From: Rubripirellula sp.
GTDB lineage: Bacteria > Planctomycetota > Planctomycetia > Pirellulales > Pirellulaceae
DNA: 64,000 nucleotides
Direction of reading: 5' to 3'
Assembly (NCBI GenBank): GCA_965216875.1
Contig: OZ244207.1
Coordinates: forward strand, 7,488,001-7,552,000
The notes below the pieces were generated by a model. It was not told the origin of the DNA. It made no database searches and was given only the letters and a program-made list of their open reading frames with translations. A program made the translations under genes and the position numbers. Below, one piece after another: positions 39,555-49,603 of the stretch; position 1 is the stretch's first letter; the number at the start of each line of letters is the position of its first letter.

Positions 39555-39702
39555 GTGAGCCGAACGCGCTAGCGTCGGGCATTTCAGGGGTTGGGCCTTT
39601 CACTCGGTTGGATGGAATGCGAACGCCCGTCATGCGGAGCATGACCTACGAAGAGGACGCGGAGCGTCCGAAAGTGCGTTACCACGCGGAGCGGGGTAAC
39701 GA
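39555..39702. repeat. Cluster of REP-like palindromes
   Basis: GTGAGCCGAACGCGCTAGCGTCGGGC (related copies at 41700, 54793, 62084, 62155), GTCATGCGGAGCATGACCTAC, GGACGCGGAGCGTCC, CGTTACC..GGTAACG. Confidence 0.75.
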
Positions 39703-39874
39703 GGGCGAGAGAGCGAAGCATCAGGTAACGAGGTCCTGACCAGTGGATCTCGCTACCGCGAAAAGCGGTAAACCGCTACGCTGCTGGCCGCGTAATGATG
39801 CAAGCGGCCGGCAAGACTCCGTTGCACCGCACCTTATTCCCAACTTGTCGTGAACCATTCGAACGGACGTTGGC

Positions 39875-41557
39875 GTGATCGCATTGGCTCTTCCCCTCGC
39901 CATCGAACTTCCGTTGCTTGCAGTGGTTGGCGCATGCCTGGGGGCCCTCGCCAATTGCGTCCTCTTCGCCTGCATGAACGTTGTTCACTTGACCAACCCT
40001 TGGGCTCCCATCGAAGAGCCGCGCGGTCGCGACAAGCTGGAACAGAAAAACCAGAAGCCGCATGACTTTGCGCCACGCACGACAGCGGATCGCATTCCGA
40101 TCATCGGTTGGTTGCTTCTGCGGCGCGAGTCGAGTCAGCGGAGTTGCTGTTTTTGGGTGTGCCCCTTGCTGTTGGAGGTGGCTTTCGCGATCGCGCTACC
40201 GTTGCTCGTATGGTGGAACCCTGCGACGTTTTTTGCCGACGCTTACGCACTGTGGGACGGCTGGCCGCTTGGCTTGCAGTACTTCCTACTTGCCTGTGAC
40301 GGGTTGTTGGCCGGCGCACTGGCCAACTATGTCATCTACACCCAAGCGTTTTCTCCGCGGCCGATCGATCCTTGGTCACCCAAACACGATGATGCTCCGC
40401 CACGTTCATGGACCGATCGCATTCCAGTGATTGGTTGGTTGGGGCTTCGCCGTGAGTCGTCGATTCATGGCAACGGGTTTTGGGTGCGGCCGCTCTTGAT
40501 TGAACTGTCGCTCGCCACAGCACTGCCGGCGCTTTACTGGTACGAAACACAAGCGGGCGGGATCTTTCCCGTCGTTGCACGACAGGATGCGATTCTTTCC
40601 GTCTTCCAGCCCTGGACGATGGACATCTTCGTTGGGCATGGAATCCTTTTGGTTTTGATGACGGCGGCCACCTTCATCGACTTTGATGAAAAGACCATTC
40701 CGGATGTGATCACTTTACCTGGCACGATCATCGGCTTGGTATTGTCGGCGATGATCGTTCCGATTGGCACCAAGAGTCTCAATGGGTTCATGCCGACGGC
40801 ATTGCCAATCTGCCAAGAGGTCGAACAGGTCATCCCAACCACATTCGATTCGCCTTGGTTCGAACAGTATGTGGGCAGCAAGTGGGAGGGATCGACAGGA
40901 CTTTGGACGGGCCTCGCGATTTGGACTGTCTTCTGTTTTGCCTATGCGGATCGTCGATTCACTGGAGTGATGCTAAGACGTCGTGGCCTCAGCAAGACGA
41001 TCGAGTTTTTCTTTGCCGCGCTGTTTCACCACTGGACCTGGAAACTGTTGGCCGTACTTTGGATGGTTGGTCTGGTTGCCGTCAGCACCGTTTGGAATGT
41101 GGGCGATGAGAGTTGGCGCGGCTTGCTCAGCGGTTTGGTTGGATTGGCGGTCGGCGGAGGAACGATCTGGGCGATTCGAATCGTCGGTTCGGCCGCGATG
41201 CAGCGTGAAGCGATGGGGTTTGGTGATGTGACGCTGATGGCGATGGTCGGTGCCTTCATCGGCTGGCAAGGTTCACTCGCGGCCTTCTTCCTTTCCCCTT
41301 TTGCCGCAATCGCCATCGTTGCTCTGCGGTGGGTCGTCACCCGCGATACACAAGTGCCATTCGGTCCTTATTTGTGCGCAGGCACGATGTTGACGATCTT
41401 GTTTTGGGATCGTGTTTACAACCAAGCCCTGGCGTGCAACTTCTATCTGCTTGGCACGATCGTGATCTGGGTCGCCGTTGCCATGTTGGGACTGATGGGC
41501 GTGATGTTGTTCGCCCTCCAGCTAATCAAGAGCCTGGTGCGTGGCCGCTCGCGGTGA
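39875..41557 (+). CDS. A24 prepilin peptidase with duplicated N-terminal domain
   Basis: Catalytic FIDFDEKTIPD and MGFGDVTLM, VPFGPYL; DRIPxIGW..RRES..FWV.PLL.E occurs twice. Confidence 0.88.
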   Translation: MIALALPLAIELPLLAVVGACLGALANCVLFACMNVVHLTNPWAPIEEPRGRDKLEQKNQKPHDFAPRTTADRIPIIGWLLLRRESSQRSCCFWVCPLLLEVAFAIALPLLVWWNPATFFADAYALWDGWPLGLQYFLLACDGLLAGALANYVIYTQAFSPRPIDPWSPKHDDAPPRSWTDRIPVIGWLGLRRESSIHGNGFWVRPLLIELSLATALPALYWYETQAGGIFPVVARQDAILSVFQPWTMDIFVGHGILLVLMTAATFIDFDEKTIPDVITLPGTIIGLVLSAMIVPIGTKSLNGFMPTALPICQEVEQVIPTTFDSPWFEQYVGSKWEGSTGLWTGLAIWTVFCFAYADRRFTGVMLRRRGLSKTIEFFFAALFHHWTWKLLAVLWMVGLVAVSTVWNVGDESWRGLLSGLVGLAVGGGTIWAIRIVGSAAMQREAMGFGDVTLMAMVGAFIGWQGSLAAFFLSPFAAIAIVALRWVVTRDTQVPFGPYLCAGTMLTILFWDRVYNQALACNFYLLGTIVIWVAVAMLGLMGVMLFALQLIKSLVRGRSR

Positions 41558-41596
41558 GCACGCTTGCACCGTTCGTGGGCCCGCGATTAGACCGAA

Positions 41597-41725
41597 TGCG
41601 AGAAGATTCCGGCTAAAGCTCGGTACTACGAACGACAGGGCCTGTAGGCCGGATCAAGGAGCGACAGCGACGCAGATCCGGCATCTACTGGCGTGAGAGG
41701 CCCGACGCTAACGCGTTCGGCTCAC
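41597..41725. repeat. REP-like cluster (families C, B, A') between convergent genes
   Basis: Three adjacent units, each with a matching copy elsewhere in the window. Confidence 0.85.
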
Positions 41726-41731
41726 AAGAAA

Positions 41732-42133
41732 TCACAGCTTGTCGGCTAAGACGAGGCAGGCGTCGGTCAAGTTGCTCTTGAGAACAAAGCCGGTCACCTG
41801 ATTCTGGTAGGCATCGAGACGGTCTTCGTCAAAGCCCGGCGAGGTCAGCACAAAGATCATGCACGAAGAGAGGTCGTTGTCCTTGGAAACCTCGTGCAAG
41901 AACTCGACGCCATCCATTACCGGCATGTGCATGTCGAGGAAAATGACCAACGGGCGCTCGATTGGATTTTTGCCGTTCTCGCCGCGCAAGTGTTCCAAAG
42001 CGTCACGACCATTGATCGCGACCGTCAACGCGTTGTCGAGCCCGTGCTTTTTCATGCCACGGCGAAAGGCCATCGCATCCACGTCGTTATCATCCACCAA
42101 AAGAATGTGGACGTTTTTTGCTATCAAAGTCAT
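41732..42133 (-). CDS. Single-domain response regulator (Rcp-like)
   Basis: ILLVDDN, IFLDMHMPVMDG, VLTS, FVLK. Confidence 0.9.
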   Translation of the reverse strand: MTLIAKNVHILLVDDNDVDAMAFRRGMKKHGLDNALTVAINGRDALEHLRGENGKNPIERPLVIFLDMHMPVMDGVEFLHEVSKDNDLSSCMIFVLTSPGFDEDRLDAYQNQVTGFVLKSNLTDACLVLADKL

Positions 42134-42294
42134 GGCAGTTCAATTGGATGAGTTCTCAAGGTTCGCCAGTCATCTCAGACTAACATTGCCGCCAAGTCAC
42201 CTTTCGGTTTACTATCCAGAGCCCCAGTCAAAGGCATCGACCAAGGTAGGTCAAGCCGGAACATCGTACGCGAAGAACCAGGGAAGGTCTCGCT

Positions 42295-43362
42295 GTGTCC
42301 GCCGAAGCACGCGCAAATCAAGCCAGCCCATTTGAGTCCGCTCCTGCGACATTGATTGAGCGGCTTCGTTTGCTGCGAGAGATTGTATCGCGCGAAGGCA
42401 AGGCCGTCCTCTCAAGTGCCGCGTCGCTCGGACCCGAGGCGGTACGTGCTGCTGAAATGACCGCCAACTGCGATGGCAGCGTCATCATCACTGGCGTTGG
42501 CAAAGCAGGGTTGGTGGGCCAAAAGTTGGTTGCGACTTTGGCGAGCACGGGAACACCGGCCCATTTCTTGCATCCGTCCGAAGCGGTGCATGGCGATCTG
42601 GGACGAGTGCGCGACACCGATTTGGTATGGGCGATTTCGAATTCGGGGCGTAGTGAAGAAGTGGTTCGCATCGCGTCTCACTTGCGACAAAACTCATGCG
42701 GTCTGATCGCATTGACCGCCGATGACGACAATCCGCTCGCGGTTGCCGCAGACTGTGTCGTCGCTTTTGGAAAACACGACGAAGCCTGTCCCAACGGTCT
42801 GGCCCCGACAAGCAGCACAGCGGTGATGATGGCCGTTGGTGATGGCATCGCGATGCTCTCGAGCCGTTTGCGCTCATTCTCTGCTGGCGATTTTGCGCGC
42901 TACCATCCAGGTGGATCGCTTGGTCGAAAGTTAGCGACGGTCGACCAGATCATGCGTCCGCTCAATGCTTGCCGCGTTGCTTCGAAAGAGGTTTCAGTTC
43001 GCGAGGCGATGGTGGCGGCATCCAAGAATGGCCGGCGCACTGGCGCAGTCATGCTGTTGAATCAAGACGAAACATTGGCCGGGATCTTTACTGACAGCGA
43101 TTTGGCGCGGCTGTTGGAAGGACGCGAAGACGAGGCGTTTGACGAGTGCATCGAACTTCGCATGACAGCCAACCCAACAACCATCACCGCGGGCACGATG
43201 TTGCAGGATGCGGTTGCGACGATGTCGCAGCGTCGTTTGAGCGAATTGCCGGTGGTCGACCAGCAAGGACATCCGATCGGGTTGATTGACATTACCGATG
43301 TCGTTTCACTCGCCGAAACGGACAGCGGACCCTCGACCATCAAGATTCACAACCAAGTTTAA
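42295..43362 (+). CDS. kdsD: Arabinose-5-phosphate isomerase (KpsF/GutQ; SIS plus CBS domains)
   Basis: TGVGKAG, HPSEAVHGDLG, SNSG, EACPNGLAPTSST, HPGGSLG, GIFTD.DL. Confidence 0.93.
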   Translation: MSAEARANQASPFESAPATLIERLRLLREIVSREGKAVLSSAASLGPEAVRAAEMTANCDGSVIITGVGKAGLVGQKLVATLASTGTPAHFLHPSEAVHGDLGRVRDTDLVWAISNSGRSEEVVRIASHLRQNSCGLIALTADDDNPLAVAADCVVAFGKHDEACPNGLAPTSSTAVMMAVGDGIAMLSSRLRSFSAGDFARYHPGGSLGRKLATVDQIMRPLNACRVASKEVSVREAMVAASKNGRRTGAVMLLNQDETLAGIFTDSDLARLLEGREDEAFDECIELRMTANPTTITAGTMLQDAVATMSQRRLSELPVVDQQGHPIGLIDITDVVSLAETDSGPSTIKIHNQV

Positions 43363-43371
43363 GTAGGCTCG

Positions 43372-43890
43372 ATGTCCGATCAAAGTGACCCGGCTACTTC
43401 AAAGCCGATTACCTGCATCCTTTCCGACGTCGATGGTGTGATGACCGATGGTCGCATCATCTACGACAACGCTAGCGTCGAAACCAAACGTTTTCATGTC
43501 CACGACGGTTTGGCCATCAAGCTGTGGATGAAAAGCGGCTTTCAGTTCGGAATCTTGACCGCTCGGACCAGTCAAATCGTTTCGCATCGCGCGAGTGAAT
43601 TGAACATCGATCATGTCCAACAGGGCTACGAGCAAAAGGGCGACGAAGCCAAGAAAATGATCGCCGCGATGGGATGCCAGCTCGATCAAGTTTGCTATAT
43701 CGGCGACGACCTTCCCGACTTACCCGTCATGCAAATGGTCGGACTTGCTGCCGCGCCCGCCGACGCGGCGACCGACGTCTTGAGCCGCGCTAATTGGGTG
43801 ATGAACAAGCGCGGTGGCGAGGGCGTGCTGCGGGAATTGATCGAACGACTCTTACGATCCAAGAACCGCTGGGAGGAGCATTTGCCGTAA
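43372..43890 (+). CDS. kdsC: KDO-8-phosphate phosphatase
   Basis: DVDGVMTDG, FHVHDG, YIGDDLPD, GGEGVLRE. Confidence 0.93.
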   Translation: MSDQSDPATSKPITCILSDVDGVMTDGRIIYDNASVETKRFHVHDGLAIKLWMKSGFQFGILTARTSQIVSHRASELNIDHVQQGYEQKGDEAKKMIAAMGCQLDQVCYIGDDLPDLPVMQMVGLAAAPADAATDVLSRANWVMNKRGGEGVLRELIERLLRSKNRWEEHLP

Positions 43891-43942
43891 GCGAAACGTC
43901 TTGTCGAAACCTGAGCGTTTCCTTTTCTGCATCGCGCCGGTC

Positions 43943-46900
43943 ATGTTGGATCGAATGACACATTATTTCGCTGCATTGGTATTCTTGATCGCTTCGGCGG
44001 TGATCTACGAGAACGTTCTGACGCCGTGGATGGAACCGGCCAAGTTGTCGTCCGTTCCGCCCAAAAAGCCCTTTGATGGAAGCGTCGGTGGCGACAAGCT
44101 GGCCGATTTGTTTCCCGACCCCGAGGCTTGGCAACGCGGCGCCTGTAAACAGCTGCAAACCTCTGATGGCATGTTGTTGTTTGCCAACGGCAAGCAGATC
44201 TCGGCCAACCAATGGAAACTCTGGCCTGTCACCATCGTGGTCGGCCGCGGCATGTCTTCCGAATCGAAGCGAGATCCCTTGATCATCGAGGCACCCGAAG
44301 GGGCCGAGATCATCTTCACGACGTCGCTGGATGTCATGAGTAGCGCGGGGGCGGGCGCGAAAACTCCGATCAAACGTGGACGCATGATTGGCCGCGTGAA
44401 CATTCGCCGGCCGAGCAGTGACAAACCGACTCAAGCGATCGAAATCACAACGGCCAACGTGGGGATTGATCGTCGCAAGATCTGGACGACCGAACGCATC
44501 GAAATGAAGTTCGGCGACGCCCGACTTTCCGGACGCGACCTGACGGTGCACTATTCCGGTCCCGATGCATCGGGCGGAGGCAATCCCGCGTCGATTCTTG
44601 ATCGCATGGACCTGATCTATTTGGACCAGTTCATCATGCCATTGAAAGAGGGTGGCCTGCTGAAGTCCAAGAAGCGGCCGGGTGATCGCTCGACCCCGAT
44701 CCCCGGGCCCTCAGCGGTGATCTCTTTGAATTGTGGTGGCCGAGTTGAATATGACTTTGCGATCGATCAGTTGTCGCTTCGAGATTCGGTCTCACTCGTG
44801 CATCAGGTCGACGGGATGCCTGCCGACCAATTCCATTGCGATTCCTTGTTGCTCAACCTGTTGGATCCAACCAACGACAAACTGCCACGCGAGACACCGC
44901 TTGATTGGATCAAACGCATCGTGGCGACCGGCCGACCAGCGCGTGCCGTGTTGCCGACATTCGATTCGGAGATGCAAGCCGATTCGATCGATTTTGATGC
45001 CGAAGCCGGCTTGGTTCGCGCGATCGGAAAATCGGGGATTTGGGTTCGCCGCGGCGGCATCGAAGCGAGCCTCGCCCAACTGGCCTATCAATTCGATCCG
45101 AACAACTACGAAGCAATCGGGCTGATCAACGTCCAGGGCGCCGGGATCATCAAGGTGAATGACCCCAAGATCCCGCTGCTGCGCGCTCATTGGCGTGATC
45201 GCTTTCGGCTCGAGCCAACCAAAGCGTCAGTTGCGGACGAATTTGATGCCGACGTCGTTCTGCAAATCGATGGCGACATTCAAGCCACCCTTTCCGATGG
45301 CGGTCAGTTCCACGCACAGACCGTGGATGGTCTGTTGAAACCGAAATACGAGTTCGATCCAAAGAAACAAAAGAAGGTGATGTCACTTGTGCCAAAAACC
45401 TTCCAGGCACAAGGCAATGTGCGTGTCGATACCAGCGCGATCGCCGCAGAAACCGACCGGCTTGATCTCGAGTTTGTACAGCCTATCGATCCACAACCTC
45501 GATCGGTCAGTGGCGATGACAAAGCAGCCGAGGACAAAAAGAAATCGAACCCACTTCGCCAATGGGTGATTCAGCCAGAGAAAGGGGCCGACAATAAGGT
45601 CGACCCGGTCGCCCGGCCACGACCGGTGATTCGAGGTGATTGGATCAGCGCCCAGTTGCGACTCGATGAAGATGCCGTCAACGCAAAGGACATGTCGGTC
45701 ACCGGATCGGTTTCGCTGACACACGTTTTGAAGACAGGCGACAAGATGTTGCCCGCGCGATTGACGGGCGAATCGTTGCGGTTAATCGATGGTGGTGGCG
45801 AGGATCTTTTGCAGCTTGGCAGTGGCGTCGAGTCGCCTGCTCGGTTTGAGTTGGGTGATGGATTCTTTGTGGGGCCGATGATCCAAATTCGACCCACTGA
45901 CAATCTTGTTTGGATCAACGCGGCGGGCGAATTTCAAATGCCGACGGCTGCCCTTCCGACCAGTTTAACGGGCGACAAAGAATCGGAATTCGTTTGGGTC
46001 CGCGCGCCTCACTGTCGCTGGCAGGGCGAGATGTTTTTTGATGGACGCTCTGCAGTGCTGACCGATGGCGTTCGCATCGACGCATCACTTCGACGCGAAG
46101 CCGATCTTTGGGACGTCGAAATGCATGGTGATCGCCTACAGGTCGACTTGCAAAGTGGCGTTCAAGTCAACGACGTCGACACGATGAAGAATGCGGCGAT
46201 CGAACGCATCTCACTGATGCAATCTGAAGAGCGGCCGGTTCTCGTTCAAGCCTTTCGACGTGCCGGCGACAATGTGCTCGAAGCAAAGCATGTGATGAAA
46301 GCCGACAAACTTGTACTCGTTCCGGGAAGCAAGGGTGGCGGCGGTGTGATTTCGGGTGGCCGACTGATCGGCGAAGGTCCGGGTTGGTACCGCGGATGGA
46401 TGAAACCGAAATCGAAAGGCGCTTTTGGCAAACTGATCGGTGGTGGAGACAAAGAGGGGCAAGTCGCTAAGAAGCTCAATGGCGTGCACCTGATTTTCCA
46501 CAACACCATGCAAGGCGACTTGGTCACCAAGAGTCTCGAGTTTGTGCGTGGCGTGCGCGTCGGACTGCGCGGCCTTGATGATTGGGACCAAAGCTTTGAC
46601 GCCGCCACCATGGATTCCATCTCGGCTGGCGACGCCACGATCGATTGCGACAAACTTCGCTTCGCGATCTCGCCCGGTCAGCGTTCGCCATCGACCGGCG
46701 ATCAAGCGTGGGAAATGGAAGCGAACAGCGGCGTCGTTTTTCGAACACGGAGCGAACGCGGTCTGCTCGAGGGAACGGCAAGTCGAGCGGCCTATGCTTC
46801 GGCAAAGGACCTTTTCACGATTGAGGGGGCTCCCAACCGCGCGGCAACCTTTAAACACACTCTGGCCGATGGCAAACCGGGGCCGGAGGGTGCGGTCCGC

Positions 46901-46993
46901 AGCATGACGATCCAAACCGCGACTCAAGAAGTGAAGAGTCTGCAATTGGAGCGCATCAACATCGCTACCCCACCCACACTCAGCCCTCGCTAA
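43943..46993 (+). CDS. Large membrane-anchored beta-rich protein, probably LptC/LptA (OstA)-like tandem jellyrolls
   Basis: N-terminal TM helix; recurring G.V.V..G, ADKL.L, A.G.V patterns; position directly after kdsD-kdsC. Confidence 0.6.
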   Translation: MLDRMTHYFAALVFLIASAVIYENVLTPWMEPAKLSSVPPKKPFDGSVGGDKLADLFPDPEAWQRGACKQLQTSDGMLLFANGKQISANQWKLWPVTIVVGRGMSSESKRDPLIIEAPEGAEIIFTTSLDVMSSAGAGAKTPIKRGRMIGRVNIRRPSSDKPTQAIEITTANVGIDRRKIWTTERIEMKFGDARLSGRDLTVHYSGPDASGGGNPASILDRMDLIYLDQFIMPLKEGGLLKSKKRPGDRSTPIPGPSAVISLNCGGRVEYDFAIDQLSLRDSVSLVHQVDGMPADQFHCDSLLLNLLDPTNDKLPRETPLDWIKRIVATGRPARAVLPTFDSEMQADSIDFDAEAGLVRAIGKSGIWVRRGGIEASLAQLAYQFDPNNYEAIGLINVQGAGIIKVNDPKIPLLRAHWRDRFRLEPTKASVADEFDADVVLQIDGDIQATLSDGGQFHAQTVDGLLKPKYEFDPKKQKKVMSLVPKTFQAQGNVRVDTSAIAAETDRLDLEFVQPIDPQPRSVSGDDKAAEDKKKSNPLRQWVIQPEKGADNKVDPVARPRPVIRGDWISAQLRLDEDAVNAKDMSVTGSVSLTHVLKTGDKMLPARLTGESLRLIDGGGEDLLQLGSGVESPARFELGDGFFVGPMIQIRPTDNLVWINAAGEFQMPTAALPTSLTGDKESEFVWVRAPHCRWQGEMFFDGRSAVLTDGVRIDASLRREADLWDVEMHGDRLQVDLQSGVQVNDVDTMKNAAIERISLMQSEERPVLVQAFRRAGDNVLEAKHVMKADKLVLVPGSKGGGGVISGGRLIGEGPGWYRGWMKPKSKGAFGKLIGGGDKEGQVAKKLNGVHLIFHNTMQGDLVTKSLEFVRGVRVGLRGLDDWDQSFDAATMDSISAGDATIDCDKLRFAISPGQRSPSTGDQAWEMEANSGVVFRTRSERGLLEGTASRAAYASAKDLFTIEGAPNRAATFKHTLADGKPGPEGAVRSMTIQTATQEVKSLQLERINIATPPTLSPR

Positions 46994-47056
46994 CGGCTAG
47001 GTCTCCGCCGCAGACGCATCGGCCGCTTCTTTTCGCCGAATTGTGAAAATAGGCAC

Positions 47057-47104
47057 TTGAGACTACCAAATCGACCCGATATTCTTGTTGCAAATGGTTC
47101 TCAA
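47057..47104 (+). promoter_or_regulatory. Sigma70-type promoter with a Fur-like operator over the start site
   Basis: TTGAGA-17bp-TATTCT (47057-47085) followed by TTGCAAA-TGG-TTCTCAA (47088-47104). Confidence 0.55.
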
Positions 47105-47274
47105 TATCACGCTGCCGTTTTGAGCGGTTTGGTGTTTCGAGGGCCAACGAGAACTAGCAAGCCAGCGGTTTTTGCGTCGTTTTAGACGCCCCTACCTGAA
47201 AACTGCCCAGCCAGCCAACGCTCGCATGTCACCGATCCCCTTCGCTTTGGGGGCCGGCTGAACGTCAAAACTCA

Positions 47275-48312
47275 ATGCAAAGGCTTGTTATGTACGTTGG
47301 TAAAGACGCAGTGCGTCCGGTCCGTCGCGGTTTCACTCTCGTTGAATTGCTGGTGGTGATTGCAATCATCGGGATTTTGGTGGGGCTCCTGTTGCCCGCC
47401 GTCCAAGCGGCTCGCGGGGCAGCTCGTCGAATGAGTTGTCAGAACAATCTGCACCAAGTGATCCTTGCCGTTCACAACTACGAAGCGGCGACCAAGCGAT
47501 TGCCGCCCGCGTGGATGAAGCCCGCTCAAACAGGTGATGGCTGGTCGGCCCAAGCCCGCATTTTGCCCTACATCGAAGCGCTCGGATTGGCCGACGCCGT
47601 CCAATACGAAGGCGGCTACAAGGTGGCGACAATCACGGTTGATGGCGAGCAGTTGCCGGTCGCTTCCTATCGCGTACCGACCTACCTGTGCCCAAGCGAA
47701 GTTTACGACGAGCAGCGGCTTGGCTCGAACGGTCCCGAGCACTACCCGCTCAATTATGTCGTCAACGCTGGACGTTGGTTCGTCTACGATCCCAACAATG
47801 GCAAAGTCGGCGACGGAACGTTTTTTGCCAACAAGGTTTCGCGTTTCCGCGACGTGCTTGACGGATTGGCCAACACATTGGCATTCGCTGAAGTCAAAGC
47901 GTGGAATCCGTACTACCGCGATGTCGAAACTCAGGGCGACATGACGATGCCAGTCGACACGTCGGAGATTTGTTTGCTTGGCGGTTCGTTCAAAGAGAAC
48001 ACCGGGCACACCGAATGGGTTGATGGCCGAGTCCACCAAACCGGATTCACGACGACCTTCCCGCCAAATAAGAAAGTCCTTTGTGAGGTGAGCGGCGTCG
48101 AATACGACGTTGACTTTACCAACATGCGAGAAGGGAAAGTGACGACAGCGCGAACCTATGCTGCGGTCACGTCGCGAAGCTACCACGGTGGTGGCGTGAA
48201 CGTCGCCATGATGGACGGTTCGGTCCGCTTCCTCTCAGAGTCGATCGAGTTGAAGTTGTGGCAGGACATGTCGACTCGAGCGGGAAAAGAGTTTGTCGAA
48301 GTACCCGAGTAA
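47275..48312 (+). CDS. DUF1559 prepilin-type protein with H-X9-DG C-terminal motif
   Basis: GFTLVELLVVIAIIGILVGLLLPAVQAAR, C.NNL, YLCPS, SYHGGGVNVAMMDGSVRF. Confidence 0.95.
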   Translation: MQRLVMYVGKDAVRPVRRGFTLVELLVVIAIIGILVGLLLPAVQAARGAARRMSCQNNLHQVILAVHNYEAATKRLPPAWMKPAQTGDGWSAQARILPYIEALGLADAVQYEGGYKVATITVDGEQLPVASYRVPTYLCPSEVYDEQRLGSNGPEHYPLNYVVNAGRWFVYDPNNGKVGDGTFFANKVSRFRDVLDGLANTLAFAEVKAWNPYYRDVETQGDMTMPVDTSEICLLGGSFKENTGHTEWVDGRVHQTGFTTTFPPNKKVLCEVSGVEYDVDFTNMREGKVTTARTYAAVTSRSYHGGGVNVAMMDGSVRFLSESIELKLWQDMSTRAGKEFVEVPE

Positions 48313-48470
48313 GCAAGCCCGAGCAAGTTCGCTCGGGTCGTGAGTTCCGCGTCCGCGTCGCGAACTCGCAAGACGGATCACCAAGGGCATGTCGCGCAGC
48401 AGCGACATGCCCTTTTTTAGTAAAAAGGTGTCAGGACTCTTTTTCGCCTACATCGATCTCAGGTGCTTCG

Positions 48471-48941
48471 TTGTCGTTTCCGCAGTTGGTTGTCTTCGAT
48501 CTCGACTACACCCTTTGGGATTGTGGTGGCACATGGTGTGATTGCTTGACGCCTCCGTTCTCGGGAAGCGGACAACAAGTTCGCGACAGCACCGGTCGGC
48601 ATGTCCAGCTGTATGAAGACGTGCTCTGGATCCTCGATCACTGTGATAGCCACGGTGTTCCGATGGCGCTTGCATCGCGAACACAGGAACCGGATTGGGC
48701 GCGTGAGCTGATTGAACGACTCGATGTCGCGCACCGATTTGCCCATGCCGAAATCTATCCCAGCAGCAAGCTGGCGCACTTTTGCGAGCTGCGGAATCAA
48801 AGTGGTGTCGCTTTCGAGGAGATGCTTTTCTTCGACGATGAAATGCGCAACATCAACGAGGTCTCTCGCCTCGGCGTGAACAGTATCTTTGTCCCCGCGG
48901 GGATCAATCGCGAGCTGTTCGATTCAGGTTGGGCAGGCTGA
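48471..48941 (+). CDS. Magnesium-dependent phosphatase 1 (MDP-1, HAD superfamily)
   Basis: VVFDLDYTLWD, ASRT, EIYPSSK..HF, MLFFDDE.RN. TTG start inferred. Confidence 0.88.
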   Translation: MSFPQLVVFDLDYTLWDCGGTWCDCLTPPFSGSGQQVRDSTGRHVQLYEDVLWILDHCDSHGVPMALASRTQEPDWARELIERLDVAHRFAHAEIYPSSKLAHFCELRNQSGVAFEEMLFFDDEMRNINEVSRLGVNSIFVPAGINRELFDSGWAG

Positions 48942-48961
48942 AAGTGATTTCCGTCCCTCAT

Positions 48962-49025
48962 GTTTGTAGTCCCGCCTTTAGGCGGAAGGGCCTGAAGATT
49001 TCGGCTGAAGCTCGGTACGACAAAC
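48962..49025. repeat. REP-like doublet, family C variant
   Basis: GTTTGTAGTCCCGCCTTTAGGCGG..CGGCTGAAGCTCGGTACGACAAAC resembles 20244-20280. Confidence 0.65.
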
Positions 49026-49050
49026 GGTGGCTGTTTTTTGAATTTCTCGC

Positions 49051-49095
49051 TTGACTTTACGACGTCTGTCGTAAAACAATACTACAAGCGTAGTA
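49051..49095 (+). promoter_or_regulatory. Tandem BlaI/MecI/CopY-type operators overlapping a TTGACT -35 box
   Basis: Palindromes TTTACGAC-N4-GTCGTAAA (49056-75) and TACTAC-N4-GTAGTA (49080-95) directly upstream of a BlaI-family gene. Confidence 0.8.
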
Positions 49096-49180
49096 AATCG
49101 GTTGGCAACAGGTGTGTTGCAATCGGGCCAGCAAAGGGCGGGTTCAAGCCTTTGCTACGAAATTGAGTGAGACACTATCG

Positions 49181-49603
49181 ATGGGTACTCGGAAAAAAGC
49201 GACCAAGCTCAGCAGTGGCGAAGTCGATCTGATGGACCTGCTTTGGCGACACGAAGCGTTGACGCTCGCCGAGGCTCATGAGGCCTTTGGTACCGAGCGG
49301 ATTGGATACACGACCATGCAGACGCGATTGAATCGTTTGGTCGAAAAGGGGCTCGCTCGCAAATCGAATGATCGTCCCGCGGTGTACGCGCCAGCGGTGG
49401 CTCGCGAAGCCGTCCAGGCTGGCCATCTCGATGACGTGATGAAACGCTTGACCGATGGCAGCGTCGTGCCGCTGGTCGCGCACTTGGTTCGCGATCGCAA
49501 GATTGATCGCGACGAGTTGGCCGAGCTCAAACGCTTGGTGCAGCAGGCCGAGCAAGAACTTCTCGAGTCCGAGGATGAAGATTCATTGGAGGGAGCCGAG
49601 TGA
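49181..49603 (+). CDS. BlaI/MecI/CopY family repressor
   Basis: LSSGEVDLMDLLW, YTTMQTRLNRLVEKG, GSVVPLVAHLV. Confidence 0.93.
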   Translation: MGTRKKATKLSSGEVDLMDLLWRHEALTLAEAHEAFGTERIGYTTMQTRLNRLVEKGLARKSNDRPAVYAPAVAREAVQAGHLDDVMKRLTDGSVVPLVAHLVRDRKIDRDELAELKRLVQQAEQELLESEDEDSLEGAE

